A DNA stretch of 64,000 nt from Utricularia gibba (GCA_002189035.1 NEEC01000007.1:1922001-1986000), one strand, 5' to 3'; counted from the first letter of the stretch, positions 1 through 14,729 are shown. Program-made: numbers and translations. Notes: a model not told the origin generated them from the letters alone.

Positions 1-515
1 AGCCCAGTCCATGAAAGAAGTCCTAGTAAATTCTGGCTGCTACACAGTAGATGAACAAGAGGACTAATCTACAGACTAAAGGCAACGGTCATATTTTAGG
101 CCTGATATGATCCAACGGGCAACTCTCCTCATCTATATAAATCCCTGTTTGCTTTATGAAAAAAAGGAAAGTTCTTTTCGATCCAAAAACAATAGTCAAT
201 ATCCACAAACTTCAACATTCTCTCAACGTTCAACCAAGTCTCCAACAAAATCAAGCAGCCAAAAATACTTTTAGGGCATTGTCCAAATTGAAAAGCAAAA
301 ATAATTGAGGGGTCATTCTGAAATATAGGCATTTATATGGGAGTAAAAACATATTTTCCTCAGGATAATATATATTTCTTTTTTTTTTTTGTGAAGATAA
401 CCCCTTGCATAAACCCTTTCTTTGACGCCAGCATCGACCCAACGGCCCCTTTTTCAACGGCAGCAACTGCTTGCTCTCCTTTCTAATTCGGGGGAATTGG
501 GGAGGGAAGAATACA

Positions 516-3500
516 ATGTCTCATGATGCCTCAGATGCCCTTGCCGGTGTGCTTTTCAGTTCGATTATTAGAGCAGAAAGGACGGGAAAGGAATGATTTT
601 TTTCTCCTCTAATCATTCGTTTGCTTGCAGAGCGGGAGAAAGTTCACGTCTTGTTGAACGCGGCGCGTACTGGAAACTTGGATGTCCTCAAAAGTATGTT
701 ACTTTTTTGGTTTCTAATGCTTCTGTTTATTCACTCAGTTGTTGCGATGTTTAGCCATTTTCTGTCCATTTTGTCTGGTGACAGTTTTTTCTTGTTATCT
801 GAAAATTTGGTAGAGCTAGGCCGGGAACTTGATAGCGGAAAAGGCTTGGGACAAACAGTTGCAGATGTCAAGGATGCTAACAAGAGAGGGGCTCTGCATT
901 TTGCAGCGAGGGAGGGTCAAACTGAAGTCTGCAAGTATTTGGTGGAGGAGTTGACGATGAATGTTGATATTCAAGATGAAGATGGTAAACTATAATCAGG
1001 CCTTCATGAAATAAATCTAAGGCAAAATATGTTATTTTAGCATACTGAGTAAAGCATTGTAAATTTCTAGGGGATACTCCTCTGATTCATGCTGCGCGTC
1101 AAGGGCATACCAGTCTTGCTATGTACCTGATTGATAGTGGCGCTAATCCTTCTATCCCAAGTGAATTGGGTGCAACTGCTCTCCATCATGCTGCTGGAAG
1201 GGGTAAATTCCCGTCCTTTTTGACTGTCACATCCTTGTACTATTTTTTGGGTGCTATTCACTTCCAAATGTTCGAATTGTTATTTATAACTTTATGTAGA
1301 AGATGCAACTGCACTCGAGCGGTATGCCTTCATTATGTTCCCTGAGAATTTGTGAGTGTATCTTTCTTGCAGGAGATATTGATTTGTTACAATTTTTGCT
1401 AAAAAGAGGCGTAAATGTTGATTTACAAAGTGATGCTGGCACCCCCCTTATTTGGGCAGCTGGTCATGCACAGTCAGATTCAGTAAAAAAGTTACTACAA
1501 AATAAAGCTGATGTAAGCTATTAGCATTTGTAATATCTTACCGTCAGTATATTTGACTTTATTTTAATAATTAAAGAGAAGGTGCTATGCACCAACGATG
1601 CACAGATATGTGCCCCTTGAAATTTTTATATTCATTTCTATCACCTTATGGCAGCCAAATGCTAAAACTGAAGATGATATCACTCCCTTAATATCATCTG
1701 TTGCAGCAGGTTCATTGCCTTGCCTAGAATATTTAATAGAGGTACGTGGTTTCCACAAGGTCTAATGTTACAACAGCATAGATGTTTCGATGGTCACAGC
1801 TTTGCATATTTTGCTGGTTTGATCTTTCTTGGCTATCATAAACCAATGTGCAAAAACCGGCTGCTGTAGCAATCTGTCCATCACACTGCTCTCCTCACGC
1901 ACATTTAACAAAGAGCATTTCTTTCAAGAATTCCATCAACTAAACGTTATTTGTCCTCATGACTAGTGACTGAATTTTTGTTGGTGTGACATGTATACCG
2001 TTAAGATGTATTTGCAGTTGAAAAGTTTTCAACTAGTAGTTTATACCTAGTGATTGCTGTCCCACATAATTACGAATTCTTTTTATGACAGGCAGGTGCA
2101 GCGGTAAATGTCACTGCTGGTGGAGCAACACCATTTCATATTGCCGCAGATATTGGTAGTGTTGAAATAATCAATCGTTTATTGCAAGCTGGAGCCAATC
2201 CTGACATGCAGGATGAGGTATAGGGAAAATTCTGAATGAGGGTGGTTATATTATATGCCATTTCAGTTTGAAAAAGGATCACAAATATTCAGTCTGTCAT
2301 TTCGCAATCCAGTCTTCTAGATATGAGTGAAAGGTGAAATTTTTGGCAATCAGAGTGGGATTTATCGATCTAGAAACCAGGACGTTAGTGCATTTATTTT
2401 ATTGGTGCTGGCTTTTACTGTTACATTCTTTGTGGTTGGAAGAAACTGAATTCTCTGATAATTCAGTATGGGTCGATGTTCTTGTTTCGGTGGCTGCATT
2501 AGTAAATTTTGCATGTGATTTTAACTTACGAATTTCAAGATTTATCACAGAGAAGCACTTTATTTCAAAAATTGCGTTGCAGGAGGGCATAAAGTCAATA
2601 CAAGTTGCAGCTGCAAGAGGAAATAGACAGGCTGTTGAATTGCTTTTCCCTGCGACTTCACCTGTCTCAGGTGTCCCAGAATGGAGTGTGAACGGAATAA
2701 TTGAATTCATGCAACACAAGATAGAAAAGGAAGTGGTACATATTATTTTATCTCAATTGAATATACAGTTAGATAGGAAATTATTTGTTAAATCTTGAAA
2801 TGAAAACAAGGAAATATATTATAAAAACCAGATTTTTTTTGGACATTGAATGATTGTTTTTAGCCGATGTAATTCTTAGAAATGTAAAAGATAAGCCAGT
2901 TTAAAGTGACCTTGAGAAAGGTTTTACTGCATTACCCTGTAATTTGAATAGCTATAAGTTGTTGAAGAGGTTCATGGTGCCGTTGAATCTTTCTTTAGTC
3001 AATGTAAATTCTACTTTAAAAATTTTGATTTTATGCACTTCTTTTCTTGTTTCTTATCCACCTTTATCAAAATTCCTAGTTTGATGTGAAGGCTTAGTTA
3101 TTTGGACTAGTTGTTGTACGTATAATTTTTCCCCCTCTTTCAATTTCCCTGGACTTAAATGACTTTTATCTTGATAAATGCAGGAAGGGAATCTTGCGCA
3201 AGAGCAATCCTCACGGAAGGAAACTTCTCCTGCAGATGTAGTCGTCCCTAAAGTACTTCTCTGTTTCATCATTCCATGGTTTTCGCCTATCTATAGTTGA
3301 GTGTCTGCAGTCTTTCATTATAAAGTATCTAGCTCCATACTTATCTTTAAATGCGGTTACAAGCTTTTGTAGCATTTTCTTGAGCTTTAATCCTTCATGT
3401 ATTTGAAAAACTGCCAATCCCATTACTTACATTTTTCTAAATCCCATGATTTCCTCTGATTTGTCTTGTTTGCTTTATTGCCATGCTAACAGAAGATATA

Positions 3501-4304
3501 TTTTCGTTACAAGCCATTGCAATCACAGCGGGTAACCGTTTGCAAACACTTCTCTTTGACTTCTCATGTTTGCCGGTGATTGCAACAATCAGGTGACAGC
3601 TGAAGCCAAGAGCAAGGCTGCTGAAGCTAAATCCAGGGGTGATGATGCTTTCAGGAAGAACGATTTCATGGCTGCCATTGACGCCTATACACAGGTTCAC
3701 CTTCTTCTTTTGTTCATCATTTATTCATAATCTTGGAGCTTTTTGTCTTTCCATTGAACTTGGTGTAAAATCTGTTCAAACTCCTCATCTTCAGGCAATT
3801 GATTTTGACCCAAGCGATGCTATTTTGCTGTCCAATAGAAGCCTCTGCTGGATTCGAATGGGACAAGCTGATCATGCACTAGCTGATGCCAGAGCATGCA
3901 AAGCTCTAAGACCTGATTGGCCAAAAGCTTTCTACCGTGAGGGTGCTGCACTGCGTCTCTTACAGGTGCAGGCAAATCATCCCAAAACCAAATGCTTCCA
4001 CACACCAGTCAACTCCAATTTCGAAAACCGTTTCGCGCATCTTTCTTCTCCCCCGGCAAGCAGCTTATTACAACTGTTGCTCTCCTACTTTCTGCAGAGG
4101 TTTGAAGATGCAGCCAATGCCTTCTACGAGGGAGTGCAGCTTAACCCCGAGAACATGGAACTTGTGACTGCTTTCAGGTCCTCCAGAGCGTCTTCTTCTC
4201 TGTTGGGTTTTACCTTTTTTGTATGAATGAAGATGCATTCTGTTTGTTTTTTGGAATCCAGGGAGGCTGTTGATGCAGGAAGACGGTTTCATGGAACCAA
4301 GTAA
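516..4304 (+). CDS. Ankyrin repeat + TPR domain protein (TPR10/At3g04710-like), 13 exons, intact
   Basis: ATG at 516 (MSHDASDALA) splices to EREKVHVLLNAARTGNL. Ankyrin motifs GALHFAAREG, DTPLIHAARQG, TALHHAAGRG, TPLIWAAGH and a C-terminal TPR (AKSRGDDAFRK...LSNRSLCW...KAFYREGAAL) join through GT-AG introns in frame to TAA at 4302-4304. Confidence 0.9.
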
Positions 4305-4545
4305 CCGGAATCTACAGCCACAGATGCCTTCCTCAGTTTCTTCATCTTTTGTCTCCGTGCACTGCACAACATTCTGCTCATTTGAATGGAGTTGGTTGAT
4401 AGTTTATTTAAAATTTTAATTATATAATTTAACGTATAATATCAAAATTATATTTTTTCCTTTTATTTTTAATAATAGATTTAAATTTATTCTAAATTAA
4501 ATTATTAATTTAATTTCTTCTATTAAATATTTAATATACATTAAA

Positions 4546-4903
4546 ATCAACCAAAAAAATTATTTGAAATCTCATGCAAATTATTTAGTTTTATTTTCAT
4601 ATATTAAAAAATGTTTTTGATATTTTATTACATATGTGGGACGGTTGTCATGAGAACAGTTCCCAAACCCGCCGATTTCCGTTAGATCAAAAACTCCAGC
4701 CCCAGTTCCATTACGGATCTGATTATCAACCAAAAAAATTATTTGAAATCTCATGCAAATTATTTAGTTTTATTTTCATATATTAAAAAATGTTTTTGAT
4801 ATTTTATTACATATGTGGGACGGTTGTCATGAGAACAGTTCCCAAACCCGCCGATTTCCGTTAGATCAAAAACTCCAGCCCCAGTTCCATTACGGATCTG
4901 ATT
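4546..4903. repeat. Perfect tandem duplication, 2 x 179 bp, upstream of MED15a
   Basis: 4546-4724 and 4725-4903 read identically by eye (ATCAACCAAAAAAATTATTTG...TTACGGATCTGATT). Confidence 0.95.
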
Positions 4904-5021
4904 TTCTTCTTCGTGGAACGATTTCGTGGGCTGCAAACTTTCAGGGATCGCTTTCTTTTTAAGTAAGATTTTCGGGTGTCTTCTTTTGAGAAGATTTGAC
5001 GGTGAATTGAGTTGGCCTTAA

Positions 5022-8000
5022 ATGGATGGGAGTAATTGGCGGGCTTCGCATGGCCATGTTCAAATGCCTGGTCAGGCTATGGGTGCTGAGCCAGTGGCAA
5101 GCGCGGGCATGGAAGGGGGTGATTGGAGGAGTCAACTACAACAAGATTCCAGGCAGAGGATTGTGAATAAGATGTAAGGAATTAGGTTTTCAAGGTTTGG
5201 GAAATGGAGTGTCTTTTAAGTCTTCTAGGTAATATCAAATTATGATGCTTTCAATTGCAGAATGGAGACACTGAAGAGGCATCTTCCTTATTCTGGACAA
5301 GAGGGGCTGCAAGAACTCAAAAAAATAGCTGTCAGGTTTGAGGAGAAGATTTATCTTGCCGCAACTAGCCAGGTTCAAATGATTTCCCCCTGTTTCTTCC
5401 CGCATAACGCTTGGCGTTACATTTACCGTGTTGCGCTCAATAGAATTGATGTTTATTGTCCGGTTTTGTTCTCTTTTAATTGGTCATGCAGTCAGATTAT
5501 CTAAGGAAAATATCTATGAAGATGCTAACAATGGAGACAAAGTCTCAGAATCCGGATTCTATGCAGCCTGGTGCAGTAAGTAATTCTCAGGACCCAGGTA
5601 TCGAATATTGCTTAGTTATATGGAAATTGCTGCTATTAGGAAAGGGACTATCCTTACTTTTTAGTGCACTCCTGTTCTATATATTCTTACCTGTCCGCTT
5701 AAAATAAGCCTTTGCTTTTCATCGTTGATCAGTTTTTAAGGATCTATTGTACAATTTGTCACTATTTTATTACATTCCTTATAGTTTACTACATTCGTGA
5801 TCCTTACGTATTTTTAATTGTTTATTGACTAGAACTTTTTCCTATGACGTAGTTTCTCATCCTGTGTTCATCTCTGCATGCTTAATGCAGCTTCTCAAGG
5901 CATGCAGCCCCAAATACAAAATCAGGTTCCGCAACTTCAACTTCCGATGGTTTCCAATCAGTCTCAAGTGCGGCAGCAGATTTTGTCTCAGAATGTACAT
6001 AATAATATTGCTTTGAATGGCGTCCCGAATGCTGGTGGTTTGACATCTGCTCTACCCGCTATGAGTGGCACCATGCCTAATGTTCCTGGGCCAAATGCTA
6101 ACAATCAGAACATGCAGAGCCTTCCTAACATGGCTTCTAACGGAATTGGAAACTCAATGGGGCAAGGTGTGCCTGCTAGTACCTATGCTAGTACACAGAG
6201 GCAAATTCAGAATAGGCAGCAGCCTGTTGTTAACCAGGAGCAGGCACAGCAGTCCCAGGGCTCCCATCAGTATGTATACAATCAACAAGTATTTATGAAG
6301 TCAAAGTTCCAGCCGGGTGGTATTCCACAGCAGCAGCAACAACAGAACGTTATGCAATCTAATCAGCTTCCGTCATCTCAGCAAGCTGTCATGCAACCGT
6401 CATTGAGGCAAACCTCATCACCATCATCATCATCATCGTCCAATCTCCAAAATCCGCAGTCATCCCTACAACATTCGACTCAGTCTTTGCTTCAGCAGCC
6501 GTCACAGTCAGTTCTTCGACAGCAGCAGCCTCAGATCCCTGTCATGCAACAGCAGCAGAATTCAATGACTCAACATTCAATATTGCCCTCTCAGCAGCAG
6601 CACCAACAAAAGCAGCCGAATGCTGCAAACCTCCAGCCAAACCAGACAATTGGCCAACAAAACATGGCTGTTGATGCACAACAGCAGCAAAGGATGATGG
6701 TGCAACAGACTAGTATGACTAACATGCAACAGCAGCATACCGTCAGTAAGCAAAACAACCTTCCAAGCTCGCATCAGCAGCAATTAGGCTCACAAACGAA
6801 TCTGTCTGGATTCCAGCAGCAGCAAGTGGTTGGTATCATCTCAGTCATTTTATCTTGCTCACTTACCTTCAGCCTGCCTATTCTTTTACAGAAAGCAATG
6901 TTTTGATGCAGCAGCAGATGCAGGCAAGTATGCCAAATATGTTGCCTAGTCAACCTCACTCACAGCCAATGCAGCATAATTTGATGTCACAGATGCAGTC
7001 ACAGTCAGGGGTGATGCAGCAACAATTAGGATTGCAGCAACAGGCGAATACATTGCCAAGAGACATGCAACAAAGGATTCAAACATCTGGCTCTTTGAAT
7101 CAACAACAATCGACAGTTGATCAAAAGCAAATAATACAACCTCAAAGAGTAATTGGTGAATCGCAGCTAAGTAAGTAGTTGATGTTCCAGTAATAATTGT
7201 TCTTTCCTTGTCTGAGTTTTCCCATATGATGTTTCAATTTCTTTCTGTCATGAATCTCTTATGCTTATGCTAACACATTGTAAACTTAGCGTCTTCAGAT
7301 CTCCCGTCACAGATTGGGAGTTCAAGTGGTGCAGATTGGCAAGAAGAAGTTTATCAAAAGGTAGTAAATTTAAGACCCTTTACTTTCACTTTTTGAAACT
7401 TTTGGAACCATATCAGGAATGACATATAGAGGGTGTGCGTTTTCATTATGAAGTTTCATATTTAGTTTTTCTGACATTTAGCTTAATTGCAGATCAAATC
7501 CATGCATGACATGTATTATCCTGAATTAAATGAAGCATATCAAAGAATGGTTGCAAACTTGCAACAGGTGAGCTACTGCTCGATTTTCATTGGAGTCTAT
7601 TTGTTCTACCTCTTGATCGATGGATGATATTTGGAATTTTATTTGATATTGAATATCAATGTAACCTTTTTTTGTTTTCTACTGAGTTTACTTCTGTTTT
7701 TGCAGCATGATTCGATTCCTCAAGTACCAAAGAATGAAAAACTTGAGAAGCTCCACTTTTTCAAGGCAATGTTGGAACGTCTTCTAATATTTCTCAGAGT
7801 TTCCAAGAATGAAATTCAACCTGCGCACAAGGATAAGATTGTTATGTTTGAAAAGCAGATCATCAACATTCTGAATTTGAATAGGCCTCGAAAGCCTGTT
7901 TCTTCATTGCAGAAAGGGCAGCCTGGACAGCCTCACATGCTTGCTGTGCAGCAGCCTCAGCAGCAGCAACCTCGTCTTTCTCATATGCATATGAATGAAG

Positions 8001-10935
8001 GGCAAATGAATTCTCAGATGCAGTCTCTAAACGGACAAGGTTCAGTAGTGAGCAATTTGTCTAACTTGCAGCACGGTACATTATCTTCAGGCTCTATTGG
8101 AACAAATCCTCGTCAGAATATGATGGATGTTATGCAACCTGGTTCAAATTCTGATACTGGACAAGGAAATGCATTGAATCAGATGCAGCAAGTGGCTATG
8201 AGCACTCTGCAGCAGAATTCTGTGAGTGGGCCACAGCAGATGAATATCACTTCTGTGGCATCTCAAACTGGGATGACAGCATTACCATCTGCTGTTAATC
8301 CTTTACACGGAAATTCCAATATGATACAAGGACAGCAAATAAAGCAGGAACCACAAATGTTTTCAAATCAACAGCTGAAGCAACAGTATCAGCAGCGACA
8401 GATTCAGCAGCAATATATACAAAGACATCAGATCATGCAGCAGCAACAGCAGCTCCAATCACACCACCAAGCGGTTCAGATGCCTGGCCAGCAAATGACC
8501 CATCTCAATCAGATGACTGATGCAAATGATGTGAAACTGAGGCACCAGATGGCAGGAAAAACTGGAATTCTGCAATCACATTCCTCTAGCCAGCGGCCAC
8601 CATACCATCACCAATCATTCTCTATTTCCTCACAACAGACTCTTCAGGTGCCATCTCCGCAGATTCCCCATCATTCTTCTCCCCAAACAGAACAAAATCT
8701 GTTGGCATCCCATACAAAAGTTGGGACTCCTTTGCAATCTGCAAATTCACCTTTTGTCGTCCCATCACCTTCAACCTCGTTGGCTCCATCTCCCATGCCG
8801 AGTGATTCTGATAAGGTTATCTCTGGTGCTCCTTCTCAGTCAAATGCTGGAAATAGTGTAAATCCCCCGGAATCTGCACTACCTTTACAAAATCAATCAC
8901 TTGCCATTGGAACTCCTGGTATATCAGCCTCCCCATTACTGGCAGAATTTACCAACCCAGATGGCACAAATGGTGTGCTGTCAAATGTTGTTCCCGGGAC
9001 CTGTAATGTAGTGGAGAGGCCACTTGATCGCTTGATAAAGGCTGTAAGTGAGACATGAATTTCTCCCTTAGGTTCAGGCAATATTTTGTTTCCCTTGTAT
9101 ATTCTTGGTTGAGTGTTTCATTTTAACAGGTTAAATCATCGTATCCTGTGGCTTTGACTGCCTCAATTAATGACATAGGCTCAGTTATCAGCTTGACTGA
9201 CAGAATAGCTGGGTCTGCCCCCGGAAATGGATCACGGGCTGCAATGGGTGAAGACTTGGTTGCTATGACAAAGTGCCGTTTTCAGGCCAGAAACTTCTTC
9301 AGCAGGGATGGGTCTGGTTGCACAAAAAGGATGAAACGTTATACCTCTGCAATGACGTCTAATATTGATTCATGTACTGCGAGCATGAATGAGAGTTTCA
9401 GAAATGCTGGTAGTAATGAATCGTATGGGAAGTCCACTGAGTTGTCACGCTTGAAAAGGCCTACAGATGAGGTGCTTTGTCTTTCTGTTTTTATTTGTAT
9501 ATTTCATAATTTGTTTTTGAATTTTTGGCATAAACTGCTGCCTCTGTAGTGGAGATTATGAGTTTCTAAGTAGCAATATGAACCTTTCATAAAATTGTGC
9601 TTTTCTTTTCTTGTGAGGTGATTCCATTTATTTGTAAAATGCAAAGGTATCTATCTGTCTTTAAAAGAAATTGTAAGCTGATCCTTTTTCGCAGGCTAAC
9701 AATGTGCTCGAGGAAGAGTTACGTGAAATCAACATGGGACTTATTGATACTGTCGTGCACATTAGTGATGATGTTGATCCAACTGCTGTAGCTGCTGCTG
9801 AATGTGCAGAGGGAACTGTTGTGAAGTGCTCTTTCAGCGCAGTGGGGCTTGGCCCAAATCTGAAGTCACAGTTTGCTTCAGCTCAGATGGTGAACTTTCA
9901 GGCCTCTTGAGTCACGTTTATATTACTTGCTTATTTCCATCATCGTTCTCCCTTTCTTTCAATGCAGTCACCAATTCAACCTCTAAGATTGCTGATTCCG
10001 AAGGATTATCCTAGTTGCTCCCCTGTACTTCTGGACAAGTTTCCAATTGAAGTGAGGTTAGTGCACGCATGGTTTGCTGCCTGCTTTTTTATACCGTTCC
10101 AGATAGGATTCTTTTCGTGCAGCATTAATAGAGATGGAAAATAGGCAGGCCGAAATACTACAGGCCAACAAGCCAATAATGCGTAAATATTAAATAGTAT
10201 GCATATTCTCGCCAACAAAAAAACCAAAAAAAGTGAGCTCTCCGAGTGTAGGACTTTCATATTTTCATAAATCTGCACACTGTAGACACTCTATAAGGAG
10301 TAAATACTAAAGAGTATTGGAGACCTCCAATCCATCAAACCTTGCTTGTAATGCGTATGTTTAATGGTGCTTGCTCGGTAAAGAACGAGAAGACACAAGA
10401 GCTTGAAATGCTTCAAATCTACTGTGCAAACATCTTTATTTTTTTGATAATAAACTGTATTAAAAATCACTTTTAAGGTATTATCTGAATGCTTTGCAGC
10501 TTACGTTTCAGCTTGTGATTTCCATACAGGATGGTGTTTAGCTAGTATCTTACACTCCGATTATGACATTCATTAGTGGTTTTCAGTACGGAATTTACTA
10601 TATAGAATCTCTGCCTGTGCATCAATAGATACCCGACTAGTTGGAGGTTTTTGTTGTGAAACGTACGTGGTCCTTAGTCATATGCTTTATGCACAACTAT
10701 AGTGACGCGTTTGTCCCTTATCTTCAGCAAGGAATATGAGGATCTGTCCATGAAGACAAAATCCAGATTCAGCATCTCCCTCCGAACACTTGCTCAGCCG
10801 ATGTCTCTCAGGGACATCGCACGAACCTGGGATGAATGTGCCCGAGGCGTCATTTCGGAGTATGCACAGCTGAGTGGTGGTGGAACTTTCAGCTCCAAGT
10901 ATGGCAACTGGGAGAAGTGCCTCAGTGCCGCATGA
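5022..10935 (+). CDS. MED15A: Mediator subunit 15a (KIX domain, Q-rich middle, conserved C-terminus), 12 exons
   Basis: MDGSNWR...[28 protein letters not shown]...[13 protein letters not shown]...[14 protein letters not shown] (KIX), long poly-Q regions, C-terminal [18 protein letters not shown]...WEKCLSAA*. All junctions are GT-AG and in frame. Confidence 0.93.
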
Positions 10936-11470
10936 CAGGAGGCTGGCTTCAACAACTTGCTTCTTTGCTGCTGCCCTGTTAGTCTATAGCCATAAGGGAC
11001 TTCACTCTGTCAGTGTGTTGTCCGTCATCAGGTATTCAGTTTGTAAGTATGATACCATACTGCTGGTTTTTTTCCTTATCGTGTATATGCGTTTTTAGAA
11101 TAACAGTTTGTTTTTCCAATGTTTGCCTATAAATAATAATATAATACCTTCTCGCATTAATAAAAGATACTCCAAATCCGTGACATGGCCTCAACTTTAG
11201 CCGCTGTTCTTGTCATGCAACACCACAACAAAGGTACAGATATGTAACATCTGTTCACCTTCGTCCACTCACGCGGCTCCTTTTTGTTTGTGAGGTGAAT
11301 GTGATCATGTGAAGATAATTTGGACTTTTCCCTACACACTTTTCTATGCTCTTTTGTTTGCAGCATTCTTTTTTCAGTTGAAAGACATGTGGGTTTCCAT
11401 GGGATTGACTCAGAAGCTTCATTCAGTATGTAAGCCTTTCTCCTCTCATCTGCACATTTGAGCACCACCA

Positions 11471-14391
11471 ATGGCTGCCAAAACAACACTCTTTACCCTT
11501 CTCTTCCCCTTGGCCTATCTTCTTCTTCTACTACCCCATTTCTCACAGCAACTGCAGGATTCCCAGTATGAAGCACTTGAGAGGATCAAGCAGCAACTCA
11601 ACTTCCCAGAGGATCTCACCACCTGGTCTGAGAATGTTGACTTTTGTAACTCCCAGCCCTCACAAATTCTCACCTTAGCTTGCTATGAAGATGACATCAC
11701 TCAGTTGCACTTATCTGGAAACCAAGTCTTCCCACGTTTGGATCAAGATTTTTCAGCTGCTGACTTGTTTTCTAACATTGCTGATCTCCCGAATCTCAAA
11801 GTGCTGTCTTTAGTGTCTCTAGGTCTCACAGGTCCATTGCCTTCCAAGATCGGAGATCTTCATTCACTTGAGATTCTGAACATCAGTTCAAACTACTTCA
11901 ATGGCTCCATTCCCAGAGAAATTTCATATCTGAAAAGCCTTCAAACGCTGATATTGGACCACAACAGCTTCACAGGACAGGTGCCTGAGTGGCTCTCATC
12001 TCTAACAGGGTTAACTGTTTTGAGTCTGAAGAACAATTCACTCAGTGGTTCAGTCCCGGATGCATTATCTACCTTGGTGAACCTCAGAGTTCTGGTGATG
12101 GCTGCTAATAATCTTTCAGGGCCAGTAAATGGAATTAGGAAGCTGGAAAATCTGCAAGTTCTTGACTTAGAAGACAACCAATTTGGCCCCCTATTTCCTG
12201 CTCTCCCCAAGCAACTGGTCACATTGATTCTAAGGAAAAACAAGTTCCACTCTTCAGCAGGATCGGATGAATTCAGTTCCTGCTACCAACTGCAGAAGCT
12301 GGATATCTCCATGAATGAGCTTGTTGGGCAATTCCCTTCATCACTTTTCTCACTTCTTTCACTCACTTATCTAGATATCGGAGGTAACAGGTTCACCGGA
12401 AAGCTTCAACAGAACATAACATGCGGTGCGCCGCTTGTGTTCGTGAATATGTCTGAGAATAGAATAACCGGCGACTTGCCCAAGTGTCTTCTACCGAGTT
12501 CCAAGAGGAGGGTCGTCCTTTATCATGGAAACTGTTTGTCCAGCAGATACCCCAGGCAGCACCCTCCTTCGTTCTGCCATAGCGAAGCTTTGGCTGTTAA
12601 AGTTTCGCCTCGGAATCAGGGGGGAAATGGTAAATTAGTTGTTGCTTCAACAATGGCAGGAGGGTTCGCCGGCGCAGTGGCGCTCGTCGGCCTCGCGTTC
12701 CTACTGGCGAGAAGAGAATTCGGGAAGCAGCGCAAGAATCTCACGACAACATTGGTGGAGAAAGTTTCCCCTGTTTACACCTCATTTCAGTTACTCAAGG
12801 ATGCAAGTGAGAGCTTTTGACATTTTCATTTTAGTGCCTGCACATCAGTCAAGGTTTTTAAACCGTCCGGTTTTCATCGGGTTCGATGGACCGCCGGGTT
12901 CCAACTTCCTAGTTTGAAGAGTAGAGTACAATACATATCTTTGTTGTGACATCATTTTCTTGTGGTTTGGAAACAGGGTACATTTCTGAAACCATGAAAA
13001 TGGGGATTCCAGCGTACAAAACATATGGCGTGGAAGAGCTGAGGGAGGCAACTGATAACTTCAGTCCTCAGAATCTCATTGGAGAAGGCTCTTCCGTGCG
13101 GGTATGAAGTTTTAGTGCAATGCAGAGCATTCATATACTGTAGCTCAACTCCTAAACTCATATGCTTTCCTTTGGCTTAAGGTGTACAAGGGGCAGTTAG
13201 ATGGAATGGCTGTTGCAATTCGGCACCTGAGGTTGAAGACAAACGGAACGAAAGGGCTCCATTTCTACACAAATCAGCTGGAGCTAGTTGCGAAACTTCG
13301 GTATCATTATCTTGTTATTTCATTAGGCCACTGTTTTGAGTGGTCTCACGATGGTTCAAGGGCAACTGGTATCTATGTGGTGTTTGAGTACGTTGGAAAC
13401 GGAAGCCTCCGCGATTTCATTATATCTGGTAAACCAAGTAAAATAACTTGCTGCTTTCTAATGTTCTAGTTTTCATTCATGCCTTGCGGGTTTGACAGAA
13501 GAGAAGAAGCTGAGCTGGGGACAAAGGTTATCAGCTGCCATGGGAGTGGCCAAAGGTATTCAGTTCCTGAACACGGGGATCGTACCCGGTGTATATGCAA
13601 ACGGTCTCAAGATCACAGATGTACTATTAGATCATGATCTCAATATCAAGATTAGCAGATACAATATACCTTTGCTGATGGACAAGAGCAGTGTAAGAGA
13701 ATCATTCATTTTTCTTGTTTGTAAATGGATGTTGGTTACCGAATCCGCTTCTTTCCATCTTCATTTTCAGGATGAAATGCTGAAGTTATCTCATGGATCC
13801 GACATGTGAGTTGCTCTTCTTCTGATCCATGCTCTGTATAGATCCCAATTGAGGTCATCGACATTGACACAGGCGCTGCAAGTGTTTGTTGAAAGCAATG
13901 TGGATGGTCTGCTTGCCTATTTTCAACTAAACATTTTTATGCTTTGGGTTACAGAGAGATGTTGGAAGGGAAGGATGATGTGTACGATTTGGGAGTGATT
14001 CTACTGGAAATTATCGTGGGGAGAATGCTAGTCTCTTCGGATGACATACAACACCATAAACAAACTGTGAGTTCAACTGCTCACTCATGTCATATCCATT
14101 TTTGGATCTTCAGTAGTTAGTGTGACTGTTGTGCAGATTGAGAGGAGCCTGAAGATGAATGACAGCAGCAGCATCAGAGGAGTTGTAGATGAATGCATTG
14201 TTCAAGAATGCTCAGATGATTCATTGAGGACTCTGTTGACACTGTGCATCAACTGTCTCTCAGAAGAGGCATCCAACAGGCCATCTGTTGAAGACGTCCT
14301 CTGGAATTTACAGTTTGCAACTCAAGTTCATGACTCCTGGAATCCCAACTCCAGCAGCACCAAAAGCTCTCCAAAACCAGAAGAAAAATGA
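11471..14391 (+). CDS. LRR receptor-like pseudokinase (LRR-VI type, At3g03770/At1g14390-like)
   Basis: Signal peptide, plant-type LRRs (LxxLxLSxNxFxGxIP), TM segment (MAGGFAGAVALVGLAFLL) and a spliced kinase-like domain. The domain has VAIR instead of VAIK, no HRD aspartate and KISRYN instead of DFG. Confidence 0.88.
12850..12902. mobile_element. Possible remnant end of a hAT-like/MITE element in LRR-RLK intron 1
   Basis: CAAGGTTTTTAAACCGTCCGGTTTT...GGACCGCCGGGTT resembles plant hAT termini with CCGG-rich subterminal motifs. No partner TIR or TSD was found. Confidence 0.2.
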
Positions 14392-14729
14392 TCAAATAGG
14401 AGGGAGAGCACTGAATGAACGAGCTTCTTCCAAGGATCTTTATTCGTCTTCTTTCTTCCACTGTGTTTGTAGGAGATGTTTTTGTCATGTACCCCCTACA
14501 TAGTAGCTTTAGAGAAGGTAGGCAAGAGGGGGGTTTGAGATCTCATTACCCCCTTGATGATTTTCCAACTTATTATCCTAAAATATGAGATATGATAATG
14601 AAGGACGGACTCCTCTAAACACAGATTTGAAATAGGTATGGTTCTTCCCTGAAAGCCAACTTCTTTGAGTTCCGATCGAGTTTATCTGTGCTGGCCGTGA
14701 TTTCTTGCATTGTTGTTCACCGTGGATGA

